From Octopus vulgaris (taxonomy: Eukaryota): a stretch of DNA of 64,000 nucleotides. The translations under genes and the position numbers were made by a program. Below, one piece after another: positions 25,446 through 40,533 of the stretch. The stretch's first letter is position 1; the number at the start of each line of letters is the position of its first letter. The stretch spans positions 90,086,001 through 90,150,000 of the forward strand of contig OX597822.1 of the NCBI GenBank assembly GCA_951406725.2, given 5' to 3'. Under the pieces are notes generated by a model. The model worked only from the letters and a program-made list of their open reading frames with translations. It was not told the DNA's origin and ran no database searches.

Positions 25446-25979
25446 CAGGGTGTCCATAAAGTTACGGTGCAATTTAAAATACTTGTATCTTTCTGACTAT
25501 ATACAAAAAAATTAATCTGTAAAAAGGATAAGAAAGAAGAAGGACCTAAAGATTTTATTCATCTTATTAATTTTCAATATGTCCACCATCATTACTAATA
25601 TAAAGAGAAATATAATTCTATAGTTCACAGAAAGCATTTTCCAGCTGATTTTCAGTAACACTTCAATCACATCAGTTATCCTTGCTTTGGAGTCTTCTAA
25701 AGATCGAGGCTTAGTGGAATAAACAATACTTTTCATATGTCCCCATAAAAAGAAATCCAATGGAGTCAAATCTGGTGAACATAGAAGCCAAAATAATGGT
25801 CCCCTTCTTCCAATCCATCTATTAGGGAATTTCTCATTTAGAAACTGCCTAACTTGCAGAACAAAGTGACAAAGTGCACCGCCTTGTTTAAAAAACTGCG
25901 TTCTCTATCAGTTCTAATTGTTCAAGCTTAGGAATGAAGTAATTTTGTAGCATTGCACTATGACTTTATGGACACCCTG
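25446..25979 (-). mobile_element. Internally deleted Tc1/mariner-superfamily element
   Basis: 28-bp TIRs CAGGGTGTCCATAAAGT...GTGCAAT with TA flanks, and the C-terminal motif SPDLTPLDFFLWGHMKSIVY. Confidence 0.9.
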
Positions 25980-25989
25980 TATATGTGCA

Positions 25990-26039
<50 letters not shown>

Positions 26040-26047
<8 letters not shown>

Positions 26048-26266
26048 TGCACATGTGTGTCATTGTTTCTGTGTTTGTCTCTCACCACTGCTTGACAACC
26101 GGTGTCAGAGTGTTTGCATCCCCATAACTTTGCAGTTTGGCCAAAGAGACCGATAGAATAAGTACCAGGATTAAAAAATAAGTACTGGGGTTAATTCATC
26201 CGACTAAACAGAAATTTAAGGCAGTGCCCAGGCATGGCTGCTATCTAATGACTAAAACAAGATAAA
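26040..26266 (+). mobile_element. SINE 3' portion
   Basis: Homologous to 630-830 (GCTTGACAACCG...AAAGAGACCGATAGAATAAGTAC...CAGCATGGC). Confidence 0.7.
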
Positions 26267-26474
26267 CATGCACACTTCTTATTTCTCTTCCAACAAGTGA
26301 TGCTGCCAAAAACATTACACCCTTCATCATCTCACACCACAACTTTCATTGTTATTCCACTCCGATTCTTGCAGATGCAGACCATCACTATTCATTAGGC
26401 CATTTACATGAATGCAATTTATTAATCAAGTAGAATGGTTTAAAAAAAAATGAAAACAAAAAAAAACCACTAAC

Positions 26475-26641
26475 CTTTTGTACTGCTATCATCAACTAAA
26501 ATAACTTCTTTTAAATATTCAGGTGGGGACCTATTTATAACACTATGAACAGTTCTAACAAGAGGAGAAAATGGTTCGTTGTAATAGATGATTATCACAC
26601 TGGCAGAAGGAAGGTTTTTAGGGTACCAAATACTTTTGCAT
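26475..26641 (-). CDS. GALNT: Polypeptide N-acetylgalactosaminyltransferase, internal exon at start of GT-A domain (first of three seen)
   Basis: 167 bp, (t)ncag/gttagt. Encodes [55 protein letters not shown](E); phase-compatible with the next exon. Confidence 0.96.
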
Positions 26642-26990
26642 CTGAAAAAAAAAAAAAGGAAAATTAATGATAAAAAGAGTTGTTTAAAACAAAATATAAT
26701 TATTATATATTATTAATGTCATAAGAATTTATAAACTTAGAGAGAGCATGAAATAATTCATGTAGGTTGAGATTCATTGGCAGCCTTTGACTTTTTCTTC
26801 ACCCAATATTTACATCCTGTAGTTTTATTTGCACTGAGATCCATTATTCAAAAAAAAATAGAATTCTTTCACTATATTTTATATTATCCTATTGAATCTA
26901 TTTTTCATTCATATGATACACTATATTTTTTACCTGATACAGTGACATATATACATATATAAGTATATACACATGCATATATACACATGC

Positions 26991-27022
<32 letters not shown>

Positions 27023-28049
27023 CTGCATATATATATATGTGTATATACATATATACATATGTACACATGCATATATACATATATACATATGTACACATGC
27101 ATATATACATATGCATATATACATATATACATATGTACACATGCATATATACATATATATATATATATATACATCATATACATATGTACACATACATATA
27201 TATATATTATACATTTGCATATATGCATATATATATACATATACAAATATACATATGCATATGCACATACATATACACAGTAATTCAAAATTCCATAAAT
27301 ACAATCTGTAATTTTGTATTCACTCGAATGGAAAAATGTGTTGCTCATGAAGGACTTCAGTTTCAATAATTTTCATGATGATTCATATTTAGATGTTTTT
27401 ATTACATTCATTTAGTTGTTAAACATAAATAAATCTTGGAACTAAATGGATTTGATTTATAGTCAAGTGACTTTCGGCCAACCTTATATATATATATATA
27501 TATATTTGGGTTATGACTTTTTCACAACCTAATAAAACCTATACTATAATTTGATGAATAATTTCATAGAAGTCAGGAAACTAACATTTACTTTGGTTTA
27601 TTTGAAAAAAAAACCTCACATGCAACTTAAGAAATCAATACAAAATTCTAGTGGTGGTGGTTGGGGGGGGGGTCCATAATGCCTGCTCAGGTTTTCACCA
27701 AACTTGGAGTGCTGACTCTATGCAATGCAGAAATAATATATCTGAAATTTCAGTTTTCTAGTTGAAGTAGTTTCTTAGTTATGGGCTTTTTAAACTATAA
27801 TCACTCGGTGGCACTAGATTCACACTTCAGTATTTCTGCTGCCTAAATCCTTGCAAATGCAAGAGAGATGTGGAATAAAAGTATATTTATACATTTTTAA
27901 GATTACTGAATTGAAAGCATTCTATGCAAAGTTTCAAAACTTGGCTATTTTAAAGAGGCTACTACAAGCATTAAACAACATACAAAATTAAAAACAATAC
28001 ATATTTTTAATTTTATACATATAATTCCAATTTTAAATAACTATAAGAA

Positions 28050-29382
28050 AAAAGGTCCTGAACGTTAGCAAATTTTTAAACATAACAAAAAATTATGCAT
28101 CTCCCATGAAAAAGAAAGAGCAGACAAAGAAGGCTGGGTTATAGACAATATAAAATCTAACCCCAGAGCCTTCTACAAGTTTGCCAAAGAAACATCCTCA
28201 GTGCACTGCAGGGTAGGGGCACTCCTCAAAAAAGATGGTTCACTCACAGGAAACCCAATGAGGATAAGTGAAATACTAAATGAACAATACAAAAACTGTT
28301 TTCACACCAACCCTAGGACACTTGCAAGTCAGCAAACCAGCTGACTTTTTTTTACCACTGCAGATATAAAAACAGACACAGTGATGATAGATTACATCAA
28401 TATAAAAGATGATGTAATAAGAGCTATAGATGAGATGAACCCGAACTCAGCCACTGGCCCTGATGGATTCCTCGCAATCCTTCTAAAAGAATGTAAGTGA
28501 GTCATAGCAAGACCACTGCAGTCTCTCTTCCAGAGCTTCCTTGTAACTAACAAACTCCAAGCAAGCTGAAGGAAGGTAAAATATGCCCTATTCATAAAAG
28601 AGGTAGCAGAGCAGGAGCCAAAAACTACAAACCTATCTCTCTGACCTTGCACATCAGCAAAGCCATGGAACAAATAGTCAGAAGAAAACTAATCACCTTC
28701 TTTGAAGAAAATAACTTGCTGCCTGACACCCAACATGGCTTCCAACCAGGAAGAAGCTGCCTGACTCAGCTCTTACAACACTATGACTGGGTGCTGAAAC
28801 AGCTGCTCAACCACTCAAACGTGGAAGTGATATATTTCGACTTTGCAAAGGCCTTCAATAAAGTCAATCATGGAATGATATGTCACAAACTGCAAGATCT
28901 CGGCATAGTTGGGGAATTGGGAGAAGGGCTGCATGACCTTCTGAAAAATAGAAGTCAGGTGGTAGTAGCCAATGGGGCCATCTCCAATGACATGCAAATA
29001 GTGAGTGTTGTTCCACGGGGCACTGTTTTGGGACCACTACTGTTCATTATAGCCCTCTCAGATATGTCCTCAGCCACACAGAGCGTCATGATCACAAGTT
29101 ATGCAGATGATACAAAAGTCTCACAGGTGATACAGAACCCTGAAGACACTGTGCACCTGCAATGTGAGTTGGATGAAATATACAAGTTGGCTGAGAAGAA
29201 TTGCATGCAGTTTAATGCTGAACAGTTTCAAGCCTTGTGCTATCAGCATGCAAAAATAAATGCGATACCAATTAAATACACTGGACTGGAGGGGTTGCAA
29301 TCCCAGAGACACAGTCAGTGTGAGACCTGGGAATTTACATGAATAACAATGTAGCCTTCCATGTGCATGTTGCTACGTTGGC
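28050..29382 (+). mobile_element. Degenerate CR1-group LINE RT fragment
   Basis: SATGPDG, QHGFQPGRSCLTQLL, DFAKAFNKV and YADDTK; older relative of 38875-40465. Confidence 0.9.
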
Positions 29383-29686
29383 ATATATACATATGAATGT
29401 TCAATTTACAAGAAAAAATCCACAAAAACAATTACAAGGTAGCCAAATATCACAGAAGCACAAAAATTAATTCCAAGAGGGAGTGAGATGTGTATTGGAG
29501 AACAAAAGAATAATGGGAATTGGAGACAAATGCTCAAGCTGGTATTTAAATCATTTATATCACCATATTGCCAACATATGTTTAAATAGATGCATTAAGA
29601 TAAATCTCAGAGGAAGTTTGATGTGGAAAAATGCATCAATCTCATTGAGGAGGATATAAACAGGTGTTCCTCAATAAGTCATTTTT

Positions 29687-29786
29687 NNNNNNNNNNNNNN
29701 NNNNNNNNNNNNNNNNNNNNNNNNNNNNNNNNNNNNNNNNNNNNNNNNNNNNNNNNNNNNNNNNNNNNNNNNNNNNNNNNNNNNNN
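29687..29786. other. Assembly gap (100 N)
   Basis: Run of exactly 100 N. Confidence 1.
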
Positions 29787-30265
29787 TCCCTAAGCCTCTC
29801 CCAATAGTTCTTTTCTTTCATGGTGGAAATCCTCTTGGTGAAATGTCTTTGGATTGTCTCAAGCTCTGTGGTTAGTTTGACACTATGCGGTGACCACAGT
29901 TGGGAGCAGTAGTCCAGGCGGCTTAGGACAAATGTCCTCCATAGTGTCAACATGGTCTCGCAGTCTCTTGTCCGGAATGTCCTCAGGATCCAGCCTGTGA
30001 GTCGTCTGCACATTGTCGCCACCTTCGCGATGTGTGAAGAAAAAGATGCATCGTCACTCATGTCTATCCCCAGGTCCCGTATTGATTTCGATACTGGGAT
30101 TTCGATCCCTCCTGGACCAGTATAGTTGTGTTGTAATGTATATGTGTTTACAGCTTGATATTGTAAGGCTTGAAATTTACCAGCATTAAATTGCATGTTG
30201 TTGTCTTCAGCCCATTTGTATATGGCTTCCAGATCTTGTTGTAAAAGGTCAGCATCAGCTGGGTT
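29787..30265 (-). mobile_element. CR1-group LINE fragment (RT thumb region), cut by the gap
   Basis: MQFNAGKFQ...RDLGI...[10 protein letters not shown]...YWERL. Confidence 0.9.
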
Positions 30266-30266
30266 T

Positions 30267-30328
<62 letters not shown>

Positions 30329-30757
30329 CATATATATATATATACATATATATATACATATATATATATACATATATATATATACATATATATACATATA
30401 TATATATACATATATATATACATATATATATACATATATATATACATATATATATATACACATATATATATACACATATATATATATACACATATATATA
30501 TATACACATATATATATATACACATATATATATACACATATATATATACACATATATATATACATATATATATATACATATATATATATACATATATATA
30601 TATATACATATATATATATACATATATATATATACATACATATATATATATACATATATATATACATACATACATATATATATATATACATACATATATA
30701 CATACATATATATATACATACATATATACATACATATATATATACATACATATATAT

Positions 30758-30804
<47 letters not shown>

Positions 30805-30833
30805 TACATACATATATATACATATATACATAC

Positions 30834-30868
<35 letters not shown>

Positions 30869-30893
30869 CATACATATATATATATATATACAT
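30266..30893. repeat. Compound (TA)n/TACA microsatellite
   Basis: Direct inspection. Confidence 0.98.
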
Positions 30894-30899
30894 ATTTTT

Positions 30900-33800
30900 T
30901 TTAATCCTAACGGGAAACAAAAAAACAACAACAATGGAACAATTACAGTATTATTATTAATAGGCGCTCAGGAAATGGAAGCAGGGAGGTATGACGTTTC
31001 GAGCGGAGCTCTTCGTCGGAAACATAAAGAAGGAAGAGAGAGGAAAGAAAGATCCCGGAGCGGGCAACGGAGATAGAGAAAAAAACGACTGGTGTTAGGA
31101 GTAGCACATGGTGAAAGGCGGATGTTTACGATAACAAGAGCAAAGTGGGTTTTTAAAGGCAAAAGAGTGGAGACAAGGTTGGTAACGCAACAGATGTGTG
31201 TGTATGTGTGAGTGTGTGCGTGTGCGTGTGTGTGTGCGTGTGTGTATGTGTGTGTGTGAGGCGAGGTAAAAAAACAAAAAATATATGTATGTGTTAGTGT
31301 GTGCGTCTGTGTGTAGGCGTGTGAGGTAGGGCGGGACGGTGGTCAGCATAGCAGCAGCATAGCAGACAAAGGTCAGTAGTAAGAAAAGGGAGGAAGGAGG
31401 AAGGGAGGGAGGGGAAGGGGTGGGGGCGTATGTAGCGTGCCAGCGTGTGTTGAGTAGTAGTGTGTGTGTGTGTCCAGTGTCGTGGTAGTATTAGTGGCGA
31501 GTAGATTGAATGTGTGTAAGAGTAATGTATATGTTTAAGCAATGTGTGTATATGTGTGCGCGTGTGTGTAACGAAAAAAAAGGGGGGTTTAGGAAAAGGA
31601 CTCCAGCGGAGGGGAAGATGGAAGAGTGGTCCCGCGGAGACAGGCGTGGGAAAACCCAACGACAAGCGACATCCCAGGAACGGGCGGGAGGTCTCGTCGG
31701 GTCCAAGGGCGAGGTGCATGCGGCGCGCATGCGTGCGCGAACCGGCGCAAGCGCGTGTGTGCGCGCGCCTGCGAGTGTGCGCGTACGTATGTGTGTGTGA
31801 GTGTGTCTGTGTGTATGTCTGGGTGGCAGTGTGTCCGATGAATGTATGTGAGTATGTGTGTATATATGTGTGTGCATAGATGTATGTCCGTGTGTGTGTG
31901 TGTGTGTGTATGTGCATGTGTATGCGCGAACATACAGGTGTGTGAGTGAGTGTGTGTGTGTGTATGTATGTGTGAGTGTGTATGTATGTGTGTGTAGGAT
32001 GCATGTATGTGTATGGGTGTATGTATGCGTGTGTGTATGTATGTATGTGTACGTGCGTGTGTGTGTGTGTATGCGTGTAGGTGTGCGCGTGTGCATGCGT
32101 GCATGTATGTGCGTATGTGTGTGTGTGTGCCTGTGTGTGGGTATATATGTGTGTGCGTACATGTGTGTGTATGTGCGTACATGTGTGTGTGTATGCATGT
32201 GTGTGTGTAGGTGTGTAGGCGTGTGTGTATAGGTGTATGTATGTAAGTATGTATGGGTGTGTCCGTGTATGTGTGTGTATGTAGCTGTGTGGGCGTGTGT
32301 ATATGTGTGTGTATGTAGGTGTGTGGGCGTGTTTATGTCTGGGTGTGTCCGTGCATGTTTGTGTGTGTGTGTGTGTATGCATGTGTATGTAGGTGTGTGT
32401 GTACGTGTGTAATGTATGTGTGTATGCGTGTGTATGCGTGCGTGTGTGTATGTAGGTGCGTGTGTATGTGTGTGGGAGTGTAGGTGTGTGTGGAGTGTAG
32501 GTGTGTGTGTGCGTGTGCGTGTTTATGTTGGTGTGTGCGTATGTGAGTGTGAGTGTATGAGTGTTTGTCATGCATGTGTGTGCGCGTGCAGGTGAGTGTG
32601 TGTGTAAGTATGTGTGTGTGTATGTTTGTGTGAGTGTGTATGTGTGTATGTATGTGCGTATAGGAGTATGTAGGTATGTGTGTGTATGTATATGGGTGTA
32701 TGTATGTATGTGTGTGTGTGTGCATGGGTATAAGTATATGCGTGTGTGCGTATGTGTGTGTATGTGTATGTGTGTGTGTGTATGTATGTGTGTAGGCGTG
32801 AGTGTGTAGATGTATGTATGTATGGGTGTGTGTCAGTGTGTGTTTGTGTGTGTGTGTAGGTAGATGTGTGTGTCTGAGTGAGGGTATGGCTGTGTAGGTG
32901 TGTGTGTGTATGAATGTAAGTGTGTGTGTATACAAGTGTAATGTATGTATGTAGGTGTGTGTGTGTGTGTGTATGTGTACGTGTGCGTGTGTATGTGTGT
33001 GTGTGTATGCGTGTGAGTGTGGGTGTATGGGTGTATGTCTGTGTGTGTGTATGTCTGAAGTGGGTATGTGTGTGTATGTATGTATGTGTGTGTGTGTGCG
33101 GGTATGTGTGTGTGTGTATGTGTGTGTGTGAGTAGGTGTGCGTGTATGTATGTGGGTAGGGATGCATGCGAGTGTGTGGGTATGTATGCAAACATACGCA
33201 AGCGCACATCCGAAGCAAGCCCACACACACGAAGCACGCTCACGCACACATCGCACAAGCAGTGCAACGCAAGCCCAAAGGGGCCGACCGAGCGCAAAGG
33301 CCCTCGAACGCCCCGCTACGCGGGAACGGAGGATCCATCAGCCAAAACCGGAAAGCAGAAAAGAGGGGGGGGCTGCCTGGATGCAAAAAGGTGTATGTGT
33401 GTGTGCATTCAGTGTACGGGTGTGCATGTGTGGGTATGTATGTATGTATGTGCCTACATGTATGTGTGCATGTGTGTGTGTGTGAAGTATGTACGTGCGG
33501 TGTGTGTGTGTGAGTGTGTGTGTATGTATGTGCGTATGTATGTGTGTGTATGTGTGTATGTATGTCTGTGTGTGTGTGTGTGTGTAAGTATGTATGCGTG
33601 TGTGTATGTATGTATGTGTGTGTGTATGTGCATGTGTGTCTGTAAGTGTGTGTGATTAAATGTGTGAATGTATGTACGTAGATGGGTCTACGTATGTGTG
33701 TGTGAACAGGCGTGTGGGAGGTAGGTGGGTGGGAGGTAGGTGGGTGGGTGTGTGTGGGTGGTGTGTCCGAAAAAAAAAAAAAAAAAAAAAACGGTCTCAA

Positions 33801-34990
33801 GAGGAGGGGGCTGTGTTAAGTCCGTGTGGGGTGGTAGTTTGTAGGGTGAAGATGTAGCGTTGCTCCAAGTGGAGCCTGGAAAGTGGGCGACCATTGTGGG
33901 GGACGAGACCAAACACTGAGATGTCATCTCGGGAATGGCCGGCCGAGCGGAAGTGGCGTGCGACGGGAGAAAAAGAGTGTAGGCGAACGTCCCTCAAGTG
34001 TTCAGTGAAACGGTCGGACAACCGGCGTCCCGTCTGACCTACATACAGCATCCCGCATAGGTTGCATTTAATGCAGTAAATAAGGCCAGACGAGGTGCAC
34101 GTAAAGAGTGCCTAATGCGTACAGTATGCAGGTTGGAGCCGGTGACAGCGGTGGTGTTGGTGATGAAGGGGCAAGTGTTGCAGCGGGATCTAGAGCAAGG
34201 GAATGATCCGTGTGGGGCTGAGGGGGAAGGAGAGAGGGTGCTGTGGACCAGGAGGTCACGCAGATTGCGGGCTCGTTTGAAAGAGGACAGGGGTGGGTTA
34301 GGGAAAATGGGGCGGGTGGTGGGATCAAGCTGGAGGCGACAGAAGGCACGTAGTATCTTGCGACGAAGGGGTAGGGTAGAGGGGTGGAAAAGGAGGGGGA
34401 AGGGGTGCGGTTGGTGGGTGGGCGGGGGGAAGGAGACAAGGCGGTAGTGCGGTCGATGCGACGGGTGCGGGTGAGGGCATCAGAGAGGAGTGTGGGTGGG
34501 TAACCTCGGAGTCTGAACATGCGGGCCAGGTATTGAGATTGGGTCTCGAAATCCTGGTCGCGGCTGCACAAACGTCGGAGGCGGAGGAACTGGGAGTAGG
34601 GGATGGCTCGTTTGGTGTGGAAGGGGTGGGAGGAAGAGAAGTTGAGATAGAGGTGGGAATCCGTAGGTTTAAAGAAGGCGGTGGTGGTGAGAGAGCTGGA
34701 GGGGTGATCGATGCGGAGAGAGATGTCAAGGAAGTTGACAGAGGTGTTGGAGATGGTGGAGGTGAATTGAAGAGAGGGGTGAAAGTTGGAAAGGAAAGAG
34801 ATGAATTGGCCGAGAAGTTCACGGGAAAGGGAGGTGGCACCTACGCAGTCGTCGATATAGCGACCGTATAGTTCGGGGGTCGGCCCAGAGAACTGGGAGA
34901 ACACTTGGGCCTCAATGTAGCCAAGAAAGAGATTGGCGAAATTGGGGCCCATCCTAGTTCCCATCGCGACCCCGGACACCTGTTGGTACG
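30900..34990 (-). mobile_element. 5'-truncated Neptune-type PLE with very long (CA)-rich 3' UTR
   Basis: [50 protein letters not shown] and GIY-YIG LYVGQTGRRL...EQRYIF...GLN (33797-34990, frameshifted), then UTR to ~30900. Confidence 0.9.
30989..31023 (-). ncRNA. Minimal hammerhead-like motif (core CCGACGA, GUC site)
   Basis: Minus strand gttt-CCGACGA-a-gagc-tcc-gctc-GAAA-cg-TC-atac; positional homolog of 8507-8542. Confidence 0.65.
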
Positions 34991-34992
34991 TT

Positions 34993-34999
34993 TATATAT

Positions 35000-35038
<39 letters not shown>

Positions 35039-35684
35039 CATACATATATATACATACATACATATATATACATACATACATATATATATATACATACATA
35101 TATATATATATACATACATATATATATATACATACATATATATATATATACATACATATATATATATATACATACATATATATATATATATACATACATA
35201 TATATATATATATACATACATATATATATATACATACATACATATATATATACATACATATATATATATATACATACATATATATATACATATATATATA
35301 TACATACATATATATATATACATACATATATATATATACATACATATATATATATACATACATATATATATACATACATATATATATATATATATACATA
35401 TATATACATACATATATATATATACATACATATATATATATATACATACATATATATATATACATACATATATATATATACATACATATATATATATACA
35501 TATATATATACATACATATATATATACATACATATATATATACATACATATATATATATACATACATATATATATATATACATACATATATATATATACA
35601 TACATATATATATATACATACATATATATATACATACATATATATATATATACATACATATATATATACATACATATATATACA

Positions 35685-35726
<42 letters not shown>

Positions 35727-35955
35727 CATACATATATATATACATACATATATATATATATATATGCATACATATATATATATATACATACATATATATA
35801 TATATATACATACATATATATATATACATACATATATATATATATACATACATATATATATATACATACATATATATATATATACATACATATATATATA
35901 CATACATATATATATATACATACATATATATATATATACATACATATATATATAT

Positions 35956-35998
<43 letters not shown>

Positions 35999-36185
35999 CA
36001 TATATATATATACATACATATATATATATACATACATATATATATATACATACATATATATATATACATACATATATATATATACATACATATATATATA
36101 TACATACATATATATATATACATACATATATATATATACATACATATATATATATACATACATATATATATACATACATATATAT

Positions 36186-36252
<67 letters not shown>

Positions 36253-36307
36253 CACATATATATATATATATATATATAATATACATATATATATATATAT
36301 ACATACA

Positions 36308-36381
<74 letters not shown>

Positions 36382-36654
36382 TATATACACATATATATAT
36401 ATATATACATACATATATATATACATACATATATATATATATATACATACATATATACATACATATATATATACATACATATATATATATATATATACAT
36501 ACATATATACATATATATATACATACATACATATATACATACATACATATATACATACATACATACATATATATATATACATACATACATATATATATAT
36601 ACATACATATATACATACATACATATATACATACATATATATATACATACATAC

Positions 36655-36687
<33 letters not shown>

Positions 36688-36771
36688 CATACATATATAT
36701 ATATACATACATATATATATATATATACATACATATATATATATACATACATATATATATATACATACATA

Positions 36772-36825
<54 letters not shown>

Positions 36826-36905
36826 CATACATATATATATATATACATACATATATATATATACATACATATATATATATATACATACATATATATATAC
36901 ATACA

Positions 36906-36959
<54 letters not shown>

Positions 36960-37013
36960 CATACATACATATATATATATACATACATACATATATATAT
37001 ACATACATACATA

Positions 37014-37045
<32 letters not shown>

Positions 37046-37341
37046 CATATACATATATATACATACATACATATATATATATACATACATATATATATAT
37101 ACATACATACATATATATATATACATACATATATATATATACATACATATATATATATATACATACATATATATATATACACATATATATATACACATAC
37201 ATATATATATATATATACATACATATATATATATATACATACATATATATATATACATACATATATATATATACATACATATATATATATATACATACAT
37301 ACATATATACATACATATATATATATATACATACATATATA

Positions 37342-37425
<84 letters not shown>

Positions 37426-37531
37426 ATACATATATATATATACATACATATATATATATACATACATATATATATACACATACATATATATATACACATA
37501 CATATATATATATACATACATATATATATAC

Positions 37532-37562
<31 letters not shown>

Positions 37563-37819
37563 CATACATACATATATATATATATATACATACATATATA
37601 TATACATACATATATATATATATATATATACATACATATATATATATATACATACATATATATATATATACATACATATATATATATATACATACATATA
37701 TATATACACATACATATATATATACACATACATATATATATACATACATATATATATACATACATATATATATATATACATACATATATATATATACATA
37801 CATATATATATATACATAC

Positions 37820-37850
<31 letters not shown>

Positions 37851-38240
37851 CATACATATATATATATACATACATATATATATATACATACATATATATA
37901 TATACATACATATATATATATATACATACATATATACATACATATATATATACATACATATATATATACATACATATATATATACATATATATATACATA
38001 CATACATATATACATACATATATATATATACATACATATATATATATACATACATATATATATATACATACATATATATATATACATACATATATATATA
38101 CATACATATATATATATACATACATATATATATATACATACATATATATATATACATACATATATATATATACATACATATATATATATACATACATATA
38201 TATATATATATACATACATATATATACATATAGATATATC
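34993..38240. repeat. ~3.2-kb compound microsatellite (TA)n-CATACA
   Basis: Direct inspection; source of the spurious >1000-aa ORFs. Confidence 0.98.
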
Positions 38241-38244
38241 TATG

Positions 38245-38412
38245 ATTGATTGATTGATTGATTGATTGATTCTAGTTTCAGCTTATGAGCTGTGGCCATG
38301 CTGGGGCACCGCCATTTTGTGTTGCTACTTGGTTTCACTTCATGGAGGCTTTCTAGCTGCTGCTATTTGGTGCATGAGAGAGTTCGATGCAGCTGCCCTC
38401 ATCTGCCCCTCC
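38245..38412 (-). mobile_element. CR1-group LINE 3' end with (AATC)n tail
   Basis: Reverse complement of ~58580-58735. Confidence 0.9.
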
Positions 38413-38423
38413 GTATATATATA

Positions 38424-38873
38424 CGTTTAAATATTTGTTGTGCAAGATTTTTTATGTGAAGTCGTGTGTTGAAACAGATATTGTTATATTTCGGAATGGT
38501 CATATTGCCAGTTCAGCCAATAAAAACACACGCACTATATATTTGGTGTTATTTTGCTTCAGTGATATTTATTTTTTACATTAATCTTAATCTTATTTCG
38601 GCCAAAGTTCTTTCATCACACTCCTGTGACCGCATCAGTGGTCCTTTGTTTTCTTCTCACTTATTTGTGTCTCTCCTTACTAACCGTCAGCCATTTTGTA
38701 TTTCTATTGCATGTCTTCATTTGCGCATGCTTATATCTCTATGTGCGTCTATGTTTATTTAGTGTGTGTGTGGGGGGGATGCCTGTAATATTTGTATCTT
38801 CTGTTTATATACATTCTTGTAATTTGTATTTTGTTTTTGTTGTTGTTGCTTTTGTTCTAAGTTTGTTCATGTA
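38424..38873 (-). mobile_element. Solo PLE pseudo-LTR fragment
   Basis: Near-identical to 42057-42505; contains a hammerhead-like motif at 38600-38643. Confidence 0.9.
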
Positions 38874-38874
38874 A

Positions 38875-40465
38875 GAGAGTCCTAGCAAGACCACTGCAGT
38901 TCCTCTTTCAGAGCTTCCTTGCAGCTGGCAAACTTCCAAGAAAACTGAAGGAAGGTAAAATATGCCCTATTCATAAAGGAGGTAGCAGAGCGGAGGCCAA
39001 GAACTACAGACCCATCTCTCTCACCTCACACATCAGCAAGGTCATGGAACGAATAGTCAGAAGGAAACTAATCACCTTCCTTGAAGAAAATGACTTGCTG
39101 CCTGACACCCAACATGGTTTCCGACCAGGAAGAAGCTGCTTAACTCAGCTCCTGCAGCACTATGACTGGGTGCTGAAACAACTGCTCAACCACTCTAATG
39201 TGGAAGTCATATATCTCGACTTCGCAAAGGCCTTCGATAAAGTCGATCATGGAATGATATGTCACAAACTGCGTGATCTTGGCATAGTTGGAAAACTAGG
39301 AGAATGGCTTCATGACTTTCTGAAGAATAGAAGTCAGGTGGTAGCAGCCATTAGCACGCAAATAGTGAGCGGTGTCCCGCAGGGCACTGTTTTGGGACCA
39401 CTACTGTTCATAATGGCCCTCTCAGACATGCCCTCAGCCACGCAGAGAGCCACGATCACAAGTTATGCAGATGATACAAAAGTTTCACAGGCAATACAGA
39501 ACCCTGAAGACACTAAGCACCTGCAATGTGAGCTGGACGAAATATACAAGTGGGCTGAAAAGAATAGCATGCAGTTCAATGCTGAAAAGTTTCAAGCTTT
39601 ATACTATCAGCATGCAAAACTGAATGCAATACCCAATGAATACACTGGACCCGGAGGGATTGCAATCCCAGAGGCACAATCAGTGCGTGACCTGGGCATT
39701 CACATGAGTGATGACGCGACCTTTCATGTACATGTTGCTAAACTGACAATGAAATGTAGACAGCTGGCTGGATGGATTCTTAGAAACTTTAGAACAAGAG
39801 AACAAGAAACCATGATGGTCCTCTGGAAGACACTTGTCCTAAGCCACTTTGACTATTGCTCTCAGCTATGGTCACCATCCAGTGTCAAGTTGATCACAGA
39901 ACTTGAGGCGATCCAACGAAGCTACACGAAGATAGCCTCTGTGCAGCATATGAGCTACTGGGAGAGACTCAAGAGATTAAAGCTCTATTCCCTGGAGCGT
40001 AGGCGAGAAAGATATGCCATAATATATATCTGGAAGATCCTGGAAGGTCTTGTCCCAGACTTTGGCATTGAGAGTCACACAAATGCCAGAACTGGACGCC
40101 ACTGCGTAGTACGAAGGACTGCAAATTTGCCATCAAGATGTAGGACAAGATATTGTGATAGCCTGGGCTTCAGAGGCCCACGGCTCTTCAATATCCTCCC
40201 GAAGAACCTGAGGGACCTGCATGGTGTAGATGCGGATGTCTTTAAAGTAGGACTGGATCTCTTCCTGTCAGGTGTCCCGGATGAACCAACTTCACGGCAG
40301 GAGGCGCAGATGAGGGCAGCTGCATCGAACTCTTTCATGCATCAGATGGCGTTTGCTAAAAAGCATCAGTGAGGTAAAACCGTGTAGCAAACCAAATGGC
40401 GGTGCCCCAGCATGGCCACAGCTCATTAGCTGAAACTGGAAAATCAAAATCAAATCAAAATCAAA
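38875..40465 (+). mobile_element. CR1-group LINE, 5' truncated, open RT ORF (39044-40372) and (CAAAAT)n tail
   Basis: NYRPISL, QHGFRPGRSC, YLDFAKAFDKV, SGVPQGTVLGP, YADDTK and [11 protein letters not shown]. Confidence 0.93.
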
Positions 40466-40533
40466 TATATATATATATACATACATATACATATATATAT
40501 ATATACATATATATATATACATATATATATATA

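Noticed and set aside
34841-38249. ORFs of 800-1100 aa (also at 30.1-31.0, 51-57 and 60-63 kb)
   Set aside because: They are YI/HT/CM repeats produced by stop-free TA/TACA microsatellites, not genes.
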